Of a stretch of 64,000 bases of DNA, positions 13,707 to 27,057 are shown piece by piece. Every line of letters starts with the position of its first letter. Position 1 is the first letter of the stretch. The notes beneath the pieces are model-generated. The model made no database searches. It saw only the letters and a program-made list of their open reading frames with translations, and had not been told where the DNA came from. This stretch comes from Chlorokybus atmophyticus (Eukaryota; Plantae; Mesostigma and Chlorokybus algae), in the NCBI GenBank assembly GCA_009103225.1, contig RHPI01002836.1, positions 124,001 to 188,000 on the forward strand, written 5' to 3'. Position numbers and translations under genes: made by a program.

Positions 13707-15135
13707 ATGGCGGCGGTGGTGGTAGTGCGGGCGGCGTCCAAGTCCGTGGTCGGTGTCGTCGACCGCCCCCCGCTGCCTCGTCAGCGCGGCGTCGTTGTGG
13801 AGAAAGCGGGTGGAGCCAGACCCGCCGCAGCCACAAGAGGGTGCCATCTCTGTTGTGACTTGATTTTACTTTACTTCGTGCTTGTACAAGCATGTATGCC
13901 TCGAATGAGGTGGTTCAATACAACCATGCTAGAGCTTGAGACACATGCAGTACTCAGCACACACAGGCTGCACAAAACGAGCACCCTGCTAACGCATTGC
14001 GTGTTGCGTAGTTCAGGAATGTGGAAGAGGTGGTGTTGATCTGGGTGCGACGGCAGTACTCCACAGACATAGCTATGGAAGTCGCAGTCCCGTGTGACGG
14101 CTATATATTGCAGAGATATGCGCAAGTGCGGCAAGAGACGCTAATCAACAACGTTACAATCAAGCGGTCCTTAAGGTATGTATGAGTGGTTGTGTTGCAC
14201 ACCTCACTGCTGCAGCCAGTGTTGAGTCGTCTCTTACCTCGTGTGGTCTCAGGTGTACGATGATGAAGGAAGGAAGATGTTGACAGAAGGGACTGTTGAA
14301 AGTCTCCTTGAGAGAAGTCAGTGTAGATGAAAAACCGCAAGCAGTCTGAAGCTGCATAACATGTGTGCATGGTACAGTACACTATGACTGTGTGTTAAGG
14401 TCTTGGCTGTGAGCACCACCCGCTACTGGTCAGAGGCCCTGAGGAGTTGAGAACACTGGAGCTTATGCATACTTCAGGCGCTGTTCGCAAGTACAGTTCC
14501 CGTTCGCAAAGCCAGTTCGCTGCATGCCTCAATGCGACGGGCTATGTGGGGAATGAAGTGCCAGGCTTGGGAGTCACGCCCGACCTCATCGCTATCGCTA
14601 ACGATGTCAACAAAGTGCACGCGCTTGTGCCAGGAACTACAGAGCAACTTGCTGGTCTGACACGGACAGTCAATTTAGCGTACCGCCACGCATACTTTTC
14701 TATAGCTTGCACGATCTGACGCTTCGCTCCGAGGCTACAGTCATTGGCAAAGATGACATCTTGAATGTCAGGTTTGGGGTGGATGGGCAGGACGTTGCCA
14801 AGTTCCATGGTTTACTGCTGCTGGACATTGCCGAAGAGGTCCATCCGGCACTGGGCAAAGGATTTGTCCTCATGGTTAGCGACGAGGAGCGCAATGAGGG
14901 TTGGTACCTGGAGTTGTTGCGCTTCCTTTTGAGAGTTGAAGACTTGAAGAAGCAGCTGCGGTTACCTCCTTAACGGAGAGTATGGCCAATGATGTCAAGG
15001 CAGGTATGCAGTCTTGCTTAGCATCTTAAATTCATTGTTGCTTGCCAACATGCACACGCGTTATTCAGGATGCTCAGCCGCTCGAAGAAGTGGAGTTTGT
15101 CTTGAATGAAGCTGCGCGACTACAAGCGCGCATCG
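13707..15135 (+). pseudogene. Orphan chimeric gene or pseudogene: duplicated STR12-like first exon spliced to an unrecognised ORF
   Basis: Exon 13707-13840 resembles 17307-17493. It splices in frame to 14017-14175 and 14434 onward. There is a frame change near 14700 and an in-frame TAA at 14971-14973 before further GT-AG exons. No family recognised. Confidence 0.5.
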
Positions 15136-16152
15136 GTAAGTGTGTATACGAGGGCGTTGTTACTGTTACCAGCTGATGATTTGCATCTCATGTCTACAGA
15201 TTGTTACATCGTTAACAGTTTGCAATATGTGCAGTACTGTTCTTTGTTGCTGCGCGTCTGAGCAAGCAATGTATGAGTGTCCAGAGCTGAAATGGGAACT
15301 AGTTGCGGTCACGATTAATGGTAATCTGCGCTTATTGTAAGCATGACAGGTAAGACTACAAATTACTATGGCATGTGCGTTTTAGGCTTTCTTCCTATCT
15401 CCTCTCTTCACTTGGCGCCCGTCTCCCCTCCCCCTCTCGTGCTCTGTCTCTCCTCCCCCACCCCGCCCACACTACCGCTCTCTGTTTGCATTGGGGGGGT
15501 GCAAGAAGATGGCCGCAACTATTGATAGGAGTCCTGGTCATCGTGCATGCGCCGTTGCGGCTCTACCAAACCCTCTCCTCCACTATCCTTTCCCCTTGTC
15601 AAAAGTCCAATCCCCTTTTGCCAGTTAGTTGCGTTTGCCGTCGAGTTGGTCATAAAGACTTGCCGTAATGCATGTTATGTGCCGCTGATTGTACAAAAGT
15701 TATACGGCACTGTGTGTGTGCGCCCATCCATCATACATGCTGGCGCAAGCAATGTTGACATGCGCACTCTGTTGCTGCATTGGTTCACATGCATGCACAC
15801 CATCATCACATACACTAACACCATATCATCTACATCTACTATTGTCACACTATGTGTCTACTCTCCGTGAGCCAAGCTATGCATGCACAGCCCCCAACAA
15901 TGAGCAGTAGCTGCAATAGCTGTTGTATCGGCGATAGTGTGAATAGCCAGGCATGAGCGCTTGCTGTATGATGGCAGAATGTTTAAGAAAGGACTTGTTG
16001 ATGGTAAGAGTGGTGCGTGTGTTTTATGCGTTGTCTTTGTTGTGTACCCTTGTCGTGGGGAAATGTGATGGGGAAATCGTGGGTCATTGTAGTAGACACA
16101 TAGTATCCACGCGAGACTTAGCATTGCCGAGGGCTGCAGCATTGGGATTTTA

Positions 16153-16278
16153 AAGGCTTTGCTGTACAAATTCGAAGGGGTTAGTTACATGCCCTCATGA
16201 ATCAAGCAAGGCTTTGATGTACAGATTCAAAGGGTTGAGGTACATGCTTTCATAAATCAAGCAACTTTTGTTGTAGAA
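16153..16278. repeat. 55-bp minisatellite, 2 diverged copies plus a partial third
   Basis: aaggctttg(c/a)tgtaca(a/g)attc...tacatgc...aatcaagc at 16153-16207 and 16208-16262, with a partial unit after. Confidence 0.75.
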
Positions 16279-17306
16279 CTACGTTATCAACAATAAGCTC
16301 AACGCGTATGACTTTTAACCCTCATACTTTATAACCATCTGTAAATCAACTATCATACCTTATATATATAACAAAGTCAGCCACTCAAGTGAATGCAGAG
16401 TTTCGTGTCTAGCGCGCGAGCGCGAACTGGAGAGAGAGAGCGAGAGCTCCTCTGCCGTCCTATTGAACACGCAAGTGTTCGATTGTCATCATCTACCATG
16501 CCTATTAACACAAACCACGTACACCACGCGCACAAGCTCGTAACACTAGCACCAAATATCCAACACACACGGTACAGGATAAGCACGAGATTAAAAGCAT
16601 GCATTTCAATGCCATGCATGACTAGCAACACCGCACGCACCTCAATGCCGCATGCATGACCACCGGGCTAACTATGTACTACTCTACCTCTACTCCTACC
16701 GCCCCCCTTGTTAGTCATGCATGCATGCATCATTGGTGTCCTCCTCGATGCTCGTATATCCCGTGCACATTGTTTGTGCACCATGCCACCCAAGACAGAG
16801 AGGGAGAGAGCATGCTCGCATGTACTTTTCGTTTTTTGAGATTTAACATGAAGTGTATCAAACAGGCACAAGGCAGAGTTCAAGGAGTACAAAGAGTCCG
16901 TTTTACAGTGTCCCTATGACTAGCATATGCAAAAACAAAACACATGCAAGATTGTTAACGAAGCGAGGACAGAGAATTTCACAAATACGGTAGCAGCAGA
17001 GAAAGTAGAACTTCTACTCTCTCCGGCGGCAGAGGTGCGACAGGGAGTCAGGAGTGACGAGAGAAAAGCAGCTGGGGAAGGTAGGCTGCAAGAGAGCGAG
17101 TAGAGCTGATCCCCAGGAGGATAAGAGAGCCAGTGCTGTTGCCATGTGGCCATCATGCAGGACACACAAGACATGGAATCCTGAATGACTGCTCACAGCG
17201 TTGGGTGTCTGCTGATCGGGTCATACAGCCCACTCTGCAAATGCACACTTACTGGCATACCAGCTTTTGTACACCTACCCACAGTCACACCCACATGCAC
17301 ACCCAC

Positions 17307-17307
17307 A

Positions 17308-17344
<37 letters not shown>

Positions 17345-18872
17345 TGCACGGGCGGCGTCCAAGTCTATAGTCGGAGTCGTCGTCGGCCGCCGCCCTGTCC
17401 CTCGCCAGCGCAACGTTAGCGAAGTTCTGGAGCGAGCCAGACCCGCCGCTGCCGCCGCCGGCCGATTGCGGTATCAGGCTGTGCGGGGCCAAGGTGCGGC
17501 TGTCCTGGCCTGGCCTGGTGCATGCACTGTGGTTGTGTGGTCGTTTGCATGCATCCAGGCATCAATCCATTGGTTTTACAGAGCATGCAATCAACAATGC
17601 TGAAAAAACAACAGCAGCAGCAGCAGCAGCAGCAGCGTTGTGGTCGGCTTTGCTTGGTGCTTGCTTCAGTCAGCAGCCAGTGCGCTTTCGTTTTCAGTCA
17701 TAACAACGTGACTGATGAAACTTCTAGTGATGATGACGATGCTGAGGCTGATCACGATATTACAACTGTCTGTCCTCCTCGCCCTGTGGTTCGAGTCGAG
17801 TGTCCCATGCACTGTTGGGCATGAGATTCAAGCGCAACGCTTGTTGTTGTTGTTGTTGGTCTATATGTAATGTCGTTCGCAACTCCTGTATGTCCAGCCT
17901 CCTCCTCCTCCTCCTCCTCCTCTTCCCCCCGCCACCATCGCGAACTTCGCGTCCAGCACATCCTCGTGGACCCCTCCGACTCGGACCTCCTCGACTCGCT
18001 TCACACCCGCATAGCAGGTAAAGGAATGCCACCAACACAACACGACACAACACAATACAATACAATACAACATCACGGCTGTGGTTGTTGAGTGATGTTT
18101 GTTGTGGTGTGGTGTAGGTGGCGAGGATATGGGGGAGCTTGCCGAAGAGTACTCAAAGTGCCCGTCGAGGAAAAAAGGAGGGGATATCGGGTGGATACAG
18201 TGGAACCAGACGGTGAGTGGGTGCGAGGGGCATGCATCCACGTGTGTGCGTGTGCGTGTGCGTGTGCCCAGATGCACTCGAGCACATGCTTGCATCTGCG
18301 TGTACGTGCGCCAGTGTCTGTATGCACACAGTCTTCACAGATGTGGCTGCATGTGTACCCGTTTGCCCACGTTGACACGTGTATGTGTGAGGTACAGTCG
18401 CTACAACTCCCCATTCACTTTAATAGACTGTTGTGTCGTTCAGATGAAGGAGTTCCAGGACGCGGCGTGGGCCACGCGCGTTGGCCAGCTGTCACGCGTG
18501 ACCTCAAAGCACGGCGTGCACTTACTGCGTGTAAACAACGAGAGGTGAAGGAAGTTCCTCAACACGACATGTTGTCTCGTCACAACAGACAAGCCTGACT
18601 GCTTCATTGTCAACAGGGAGCCTCTTGTCGTGGGCGTGATGCAGGTGGAGGAGCTCGCGTCCGTGCTGGACGACGAAGGCAACGATGGTGGGGACAGGCA
18701 GCTCATTGACGTGCGGGAACCAGACGAAGTGTACGTGTGTGCCGGATGTAGTCAGTATTGACATGTGTGGGCGTGTGTGTGGATGGGGTGGGGGGGTGGG
18801 GGTGGGGAGGCGTGTCTGCGCGTGCGTGCATGTGCATGTACAAGTTCGTGTTTGTGCGTGCGCGTGTTAACG

Positions 18873-18912
<40 letters not shown>

Positions 18913-19352
18913 CAGAGCGATAGCCAGTCTGCCGGGTTTCAGCATCCTCCCGTTAAGCCGATTTTCAGAGTGGGCGCCGCGGATATCGAGTGACCTCGAT
19001 CCCAACAAAGAGACCCTTGTGCTGGTATGAGAAGGGATCCCAAATGCATTAGCATGCTACATGTGTTGCTTCCATAACTCTGGCCTCACATCACGCATGT
19101 TGTGCTTGCCACATACAGTGCCATCACGGCGTGCGATCCCTTCAAGCAGCCAACTTTTTGCTGTCTCAGGTACGTTGCATGCATGCATTACCACACACGT
19201 TTGGGACATTGTCTCTATGTGTCACTCGTTTGCCACTTTGTTCACATCATGTGCATACGCTTGTCATGCAGGGCTTCACCAACGTAAAGAACGTTGAGGG
19301 AGGCATACACGCGTACTCCACGCGAGTGAATTCCTCCGTGCCGGTCTATTAG
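17307..19352 (+). CDS. STR12: PpiC (parvulin) plus rhodanese domain protein with transit-peptide-like first exon
   Basis: Exon 1 (17307-17493, Ala/Arg/Ser-rich) splices in phase 1 to 17898. It is followed by parvulin ELRVQHILV...LAEEYSKCPSRKKGGDIGW...EFQDAAW...SKHGVHLL and rhodanese QLIDVREPDE...LVL/CHHGVRSLQAANFL...GFTNVKNVEGGIHAYS...VPVY*. Confidence 0.9.
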
Positions 19353-19735
19353 GCACGGGGTTAGCCTGCCACTTGTACATAGGTGTAACAGATGATGCTG
19401 GTCAGTCAGACTGATAGACAGCCTGACTGACCAGCATCATCTGTTACACAGAATTCATCGTGTGACGGTGTGGAGCACACAAACAAGTTAGTGTAAGGCA
19501 GTAGCAAGCCAACAACCAGCAGCGGTTGGGCGCTGGCAAGCACGTTATCACTTTGCTTGTATTGCTGTCCTAATAGCACACTCTTCAAGACACAACAACA
19601 CCCACTGGTTGAAGTAGCAGTTCCAGTGTCTCCCACCTCAACCCACTCAACTCAACAACATTCCGACAACAGCATCCCCTCAGCAATGTGCCTTGTAACT
19701 ATCCCACACCCCAACCCAACCATCACCTCCTCTAC

Positions 19736-22700
19736 CTAACCCCCCTCTCCCTCTCCCTCCTCCAGCGGCTCCGTCGGCTCCACCGCCTTATTGAGGCACA
19801 CAATCCTCTTCCCCGCCCTCGGCGGCCGGCACGCGTATTGCGCTGCGTTGACGTGCGCGAGGTGGTCGCCTGCGTGGTGGTGGTGGCCGTCGTGGGACTT
19901 GTTGTCGTGCGAGGAGACGGCGTGGCCGCGGGCCAGGAAGCGAGCGGCGGCGCGGGCAACACCGGGATCTGGGGAAGACAATGTGTGGGTGTGGGTGTGA
20001 GTGTGCACACGTGTGTCCACGCACATGCTCGTGTACGGGTGCACGCGTGCGCGCACATGTGTGTGGTACTTAGGAACAATGATGTTCCATATGCAGCCAT
20101 CTCATCAAGAGTATACCAACAGTAAAGCTGTCGCACCTTGGGGTGGGTGCCAGTTATTGAGTACGGCGAGTGCCGCAAAATGTTTTCTCAATAGTTGCGG
20201 TAGCGTCGGTCCCGTCTCTCCATCCACGAGGACCTTGCATCCCTTCAGCACGTCGTAGCCGTCGCGGCCCTCCAGCAAATACTCCTTTGTGGCAACCCTG
20301 AGTGATGGACAGTCAGTGCATGAGCGTTGATGTTGGGTTGAGATGCAGGATAACCTTACTTGTATGTTCGCGTGAGATCGATGGGTGCATTGTTGACGAG
20401 CACGGAGTCGCGAAGGAGACGGGAACCGGGAGGCTTCGCTGCGTCGAAGGTGAGAGCGATGCCGGACACCTGATCATGACAGGATGTGACAGGTAGCGGA
20501 TGATGTTGGGATGCTTGATTAACTGATGTTGGACGTACTTGGTGTATGCAGCGAGTGATGCAACCACATGTACGCGTGCAAACCCATAGGCGTACACAAC
20601 ACCGATGCACGCACGCTTGCGCACATGCTCGTGCACACGCGTGCGCACACGCGCAGTTTCGTGCTTAAACATGCGCATAGCCATGCACACAAACACATGC
20701 GCGCATACCTGAGGAAAGCGGCCTTCGAGGCGTGGGTATTGGCTGACCCCGTTTTCGAGTGCCTCCAGCAGCTGCTCCCCGCTCATCTCAACCAGCACCA
20801 CGACATCCTAACACACACTCAACACACATCATTGCGTGAAACATCTGTGAGTATGTGTCATGACAATCCTTGACAAACTGTACTAGTATATCGGTATGCG
20901 TTGGGTACGTGACCATGCGGGTGGTGTACCATTGATTAATCAGCCATACACGCGCATGCGCATACGTGACTTTGCGAGTGATCTCATTTTGTACAACTAC
21001 TTTTACAACAACCATCATGACAGCACAGTGTGACGTCATGTTGCGCGCGTGCACACGCACACACACACAGACACTTCCCTACCATCATCGGCAGCAGCGC
21101 CAGCAAATCCCTCCCCGTCACCGCTCCCGGCCCGTGCACCGCGTCGGACCTGAACGTCCCGCTGTTGAACAGCGCGCAGTCCGCTGCGCCGCAGATCCCC
21201 TCGCGGGCGATGTCGCAGACGAGGGAGCCGGCGTTGGTCTCGCGGAGACGGATGGAGGCGAACCTGGGTGGGGGAGGGTGATGTTGGGGTGGGTGCAGGT
21301 GGGGTTCAAGGTGGGGGTTGATTGCAGTAGTATGGGGGGGTTGGGCGTAAAGACGTGTATGGTGGTATGTGTACATGTACGTGTTGATGTTGTGTCGTAT
21401 GCAAGCAGATATATGCTCACGCATACAAGCACACGTGCGTGCACATGCACACACGCATGTTGTACACAGAAGCAGTGTCTTCGAGTACAACAATTCCGCT
21501 GAAGATACCGACATATGCAAGTGCGTCTGTCGACATGTGTATGTGCTTGCCTTGCATCCAACCCAACAGCAACAATGCCCACAGGCTCATCGAGCTGCCT
21601 TCCCATCGCATCCAAAAACCCATCCACAACCTCCTTGATCTGCAAAGAAACACACGCATCACTACCATCACCACCACATCAAACACCCTCCCACCCCTCC
21701 CCCACTCACTTGCGGGTCTTCTGGTACAGCCTTTGTGACTTCCACCCTCTCGTGCGTGACAGAGAAGCGCCCTTTGCTGTGGTTGCCGTTGCCATTGATG
21801 TTGTTGGTGGGTGCGTCGGTGTTGTGGGTGCGTCGCAAGCGTAGGACAGTGAACTCGCGGAAATCGGTGCCGGACTTGACGATCAACGCATTGTTGACCT
21901 GAGACACAGATTGTGATAAAAAGACTGGTTAAGATCTTGTGCATGCGTGTGCATGCACGTGCGCACACGCGTGTGCTTGCGCGTGTACGTGTGTACATGC
22001 TGGTGATGTGCATATGTGTCCGTGCACACGCAGAAATCCACCCACCCACCATACATAACAGCACTCTCACCGTGCGCGTGGAGTAGTGGTGGTCGTGTCC
22101 GCCGAGCACGAGGTCGATGAGGTCGCCTGCCTCGCGCGCCAGCCGCTCGTCGTTGTTGTCGCGCATGTGGGTCAGAGCTATCACCACGTCCGCGCCCTCA
22201 TCTGAACGCAGCGCCTCCGCCAACCTGGCAATGACATGATGATGATGGTGACAGTGATGATGACAGTGATGATGGTGTTGGTGACACTCGCAATGGTGCA
22301 GTTTTGTTGAGAGCAATGTCCTTTGAAAACACAACAGGGAACGTATGTGTGCGAGTACATGTCCGTGTGCGTTCGTGCGAGCGCACAAGCATGCTATGAC
22401 TAGCAGAAAAAACTCCCTTCATTTAACACTTGTGCGGCGTCAATAACCAGCCAAGCGATGCATGATCAGCAGCATGTACACACAGCCTGACTCTCACTTG
22501 CAAGCGTGAGATGCATGTGATCAGTGAAACTCCACTCAACAGCCCAACGCACCGTCTCCCCTCGGTGACAAAGTCCACGTAGGCGAGGTCCTCGGGTTCC
22601 ACTGCCCCGAGGGTGTCGAGCCACTCGCGCTCCACCAGCCCGATCAACCCAACACGCCAACCACGCCACTGCACGTGTGTGTGTGTGTGTGTACTTGTGA

Positions 22701-24274
22701 TGTTGGATACGGTTGTCGTGTGAGTGCGTGTGCTCACCTTCAGCAGGAGTGAGCGTTGCAGTCCCGGAAGAGGCTGCATGGTGCTTGCGTCGAGGATGTT
22801 GGCGCACAGCCAAGGGAACGAGCACTCCGCCATCAGCGTGCTCAACTGCTCCAACCTACCACAGAAACCCACCAACACGTCGATGAGTAAGCGATGCGAG
22901 GACGCGCACAGGCACAGCACGCGCATGCGCGCAATCAATCATGTATGCACACATATGCGCGCCCACAGGCGCGCGCGTGAGCACCTGCGCAAGTGCGCAC
23001 GCGCGAGCGTGCGCATGTGCGTTTGCGCTTATGCGTGTACGCGTGTGTATCCATGTGCCCCCTCCCCCTCACCCGAAATCCAGGTCGTGGTTCCCCAGGC
23101 ACGCCCCGCCCACCCCCGCGGCGTTGAGCACCGGCGGCATCTGCCCTCCCCGCGTCAGGGCCGTCGACAGCAGGGAAGGACCGAACGCGTCGCCGCTGAA
23201 GAGGACCAGAGGGGAGGGGAGGGAGCGGACCGCCGACACGAAACGGGCAGCGCCTGTGGGGTGGGGTGGGGTGGGGTGGGGGAGTGTGTGTGTGCGCATC
23301 AGATGCTTGTGATACACGTGCAGCCTGGGATGGTTACAGGAGGAGCTGGAGGTGCATACGGGTACGGGGGAAACGGGTGAACTCGTGCGACATGTGCGTT
23401 ATTGCGTGAATGATGGATACCAAAAGTGCATCTGTTTGAGACGCACAACCCACTGATGCACAAAGCCTCCAAAGTGTTGCTGAACGTGCGACGCTTATCA
23501 CGTTATGGTGCAATACAAAGGCACCTGCCTCTGCATACTTGTACATGCGATGGATCATGGACAAATACGCTCAAGCTTTTTCTCCCCGTTTTTATTAACT
23601 GCTGGCATGTATAAAAATCCATGAATCTCTATGGATGTCCTTCAAGTGCTGATGCATGCATACCAGAATGTGAATGTTGATGAGATCACAAAGACACACA
23701 GAAATCAATTAGCTATAGATACCCATGTTTTTCAGCAACACAAGTAACCCACACACCGGACAGAGATACATAATTGCTATGTGTACAACGCATGTCGGCC
23801 CCTAACAACCACCGAGAATAAGAACATCTCGTCACTCTCAATACACTACAGGTAAGACTGTGTACATGTGATCGACCTCTCATGTTACCAGAGTAGCTTT
23901 AGACGAGCAGTATGATGTAGTATACAATCTTCCAACTCACCCCCAACAGGCTCCTGCTGCCTCGGCTCCACATTATACACATCATTGAAGTGCACAATCA
24001 CCAGCTCCTCGTCCTTGTCCCCCTCCTGCTCCTCTTCCCTGGGCCGCTGGGCGCCGCCTCCATCCTGCGGGAATCCCATCCCAAGGAATTGACGTGTCGC
24101 GTCGCCCTGATCCTCGCCGCCGCCGATGCTGTGCAGGGAGGGAGACGTCGACGATATGCCTGAGGAGATGCGGGTAACGAACTGCGGAGGACGACGGCGT
24201 GAGCGGGCGAAAACGGCGAGCGGCCGTTGATCGTTTGCCGTTTGTCGTTGAATGCGAGGCAAGCGAGTTGTCAT
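19736..24274 (-). CDS. 5'-nucleotidase/apyrase family (metallophosphoesterase plus 5'-nucleotidase C-terminal domain), multi-exon
   Basis: Motifs IVHFNDVYN, LFSGDAF, CLGNHDLDFG, FPWLCANI, VIALTHM, DLVLGGHDHH, KSGTDFREF, RLRETNAGSLVCD, ALFNSGTFRSD, LENGVSQYPRLEGRFPQVSG, YLLEGRDGYDVL. Start may instead be the internal Met of MGFPQDGG. Confidence 0.9.
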
Positions 24275-24629
24275 TATGACTTTTTGGCATTCGCCTGGTA
24301 TGATGTGATGCGCTCAACATGATAACTTCTCAAGTGTTCATCAATGCCATGGCACTGATCTGTCAGTTATGCGCGTGCGTTTTGTGCGTTGTTCGGGCAC
24401 AATGGTGCGGTTGATCTCGTAGAGTTGGTCATAGATACATGGGTATAGCACCGACATCTTGAGGAGCTCGCTTCTGATTCAGATTGTTTTGTAGCATTGT
24501 TCTTGATGGATTATGAGGTAGCGGAGCTGATTAGTGGAACCAAATATGCTCATGGATTCACGCACGCCATCAGCCACAGCGCTTATATACACGACAATGT
24601 TACACCGCTATCCTTGCTTAATCAATCCA

Positions 24630-27057
24630 TCAATCCGTGAGCTTGAGTACGCCCTTTTCCATGAGCGCCAACGCACACTGATGATTATGACTTTCAGCTC
24701 CAAAGTTCCCAGCCCGCAGCGGCTTCCTCGCATCATTTCCATACTCTAATCTCTCCAAACAATCTTTGAGCAATATCCTCTTATATCCGTTCGCTTGCAG
24801 GTGCGTGGAGATGATAATATCATCCGTGAAAAAACACGCGGGGCTGATATCCTTTGGGTTGCGGAATATGGTTTGGTCATCGAACATACCGCGACGATAA
24901 GCGACGCCAACATAGGCTTCTAACACCTCGGCCTCAACCTTGTCGGGACGCCAATGGACCCAACCGGCAGAGTCGATACCGAGCGAGGAGAAGGCGTACA
25001 CCTGGTTGGGGGGATGAGATGGTGGGTGGGGTGGGGATGGGGGGTTGGGTATTGTGGGGATGGGGGAGTGGGATGTACCTGCTTGGAGTTCCATATGGAG
25101 TAGGCGACGAGCGTGGCGACGAGGTGCTCATGGTAGTAGTAATCATCATCCACCTGCATGTCACACCACGACTGATTCAAGACACACATACGCACGCACA
25201 CAGGTCTCCACAAACAACAAGCACAGGCACACGCGCACACACACACACACGTGCACAACATCCTCCACTCCCTTACCGTGATGATGATGGTCTCCGGATC
25301 CGTCTCCATCTCCAGCGCCGGCAGCAGTTTCGTCGCCGGTCCCCTGTCGTCTTGCGCGCTGTCGAGCAGCACGCGCGCTGGACTCGGCAGAGCCCTCAAC
25401 CATGGGGGGTCCGGGTAAGCCCTTCCCGTTCTCGACGACACCTGATGTTGGTTGGTTGGTTGATCACACATTGTTCACTTGCACAACTGCGCGAATTGTT
25501 GGGTTGTAGTGACGTGGTATGGCGCTCACCCTGGGGAGGAAGATGTAAATCGCATCGGGGAGAAGAGACTGCTGCAGGATGGACATCACAGTGGGACACA
25601 TGTACTCGACCCTGTGCGACACACACAAACAAAACAACATCAACTTCAGCCCACTTGTTAGCAGTGCAGACAACAGGGTCACATGAACTCGACAAAACGG
25701 CACTCGCATGCACACGCGCATGCACGCACGCTCACAACCACTTCGTGACTCCCCCCACCCCCCCCACCCCCCATCCCCCCCACACACACCCCACCTGTCG
25801 GGTGTTGTCGTCATGGACACGACGACCCTCGGCCTCAGGTCCCTCGCGATCGGTATGGGTTTGCGCGCTCCGCAGTGGTCGAGGGCGTCGAGCCCGCGAG
25901 TGGCCAGCTCGCCCGGGGCGTCGTCCTTGCGCGTGCGAGAGGAGGGGAGGCGGCAGGAGGAGACGTAGGAGCGGAGGGCGGAGGGGAGGGAGCCGGAGAC
26001 TGGGGGGGAGAGTGTGAGTGGATGCGTCGTGTGTGAGAGTGTGCGTCCACACACGCGCATGCGTCCACGTACGCACACCTCGCACCGCGGAAGCACACGC
26101 GCGCGAATGGGGGAGCGTCCACACGCATGGACACACGCACACGCACAGGCACAGGCACGTGCGCACACGTCAACCCCGCAATGCATGTGTGGGTACCTTT
26201 CAGTGCCTGACGGTCTGAGAGGTGCGTCTTGAGGGCGTTTGCCAGCGGCGAGGAGGGGTTGTTCTGCTGACCTGATACACTGTTGCCCTCGTCATCAATG
26301 TGGTTGTTGTTGTTGTTGCTCGCAACTGCGGTTTGAAGAACGTCGCGTGCTGCCGCCGCAGCAGCGTCGCTGATGAGCTGCAGAAGGGAAAGCAACATGT
26401 CAGTCACGCATGCACGTACCCACATGTATGTGTGCATGTATCGGTGTCTACAGCACCACCACTGTTGTGCACATAACAGGCGCGCGCGCGCGCACACATC
26501 GAGCGCACTCTTGCGTGCACGCACGCGAACACGCATGCCACACGACCCATGCCCGTGTCAACACTCACACGCACGCCCGCACATACCACATGACGCACGC
26601 ACGCCAACCCACACTCATCNNNNNNNNNNNNNNNNNNNNNNNNNNNNNNNNNNNNNNNNNNNNNNNNNNNNNNNNNNNNNNNNNNNNNNNNNNNNNNNNN
26701 NNNNNNNNNNNNNNNNNNNNNNNNNNNNNNNNNNNNNNNNNNNNNNNNNNNNNNNNNNNNNNNNNNNNNNNNNNNNNNNNNNNNNNNNNNNNNNNNNNNN
26801 NNNNNNNNNNNNNNNNNNNNNNNNNNNNNNNNNNNNNNNNNNNNNNNNNNNNNNNNNNNNNNNNNNNNNNNNNNTCTCCCCACCTTCTTGACCTCCTCCT
26901 TGTCTAGTCTCCCCGCCCCTTCCAGCAACGCCCCCTGCAGCCTCAGCCGCCGCGCCTGCCAGTCCAGAGACGACGACAATGACGCGTCGGTGCCGAGGGA
27001 GGAGAGGGTCCCCGTCGAGGGGGACCACAACAGGATGAAGAGGGCGTACAGGAGGGC
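24630..27057 (-). CDS. GT-A fold glycosyltransferase-like protein with N-terminal membrane anchor; first exon unresolved
   Basis: Hydrophobic ALLYALFILLW exon, then RVVVSMTTTPDR, DDRGPATKLLPAL, IIIT/VDDDYYY (DXD-type), EAYVGVAYRRGMF, CFFTDDIIISTHLQANG. Stop TGA at 24630. Spans a gap. Confidence 0.75.
26620..26874. other. Assembly gap (N run)
   Basis: Run of n inside the glycosyltransferase-like gene. Confidence 0.99.
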
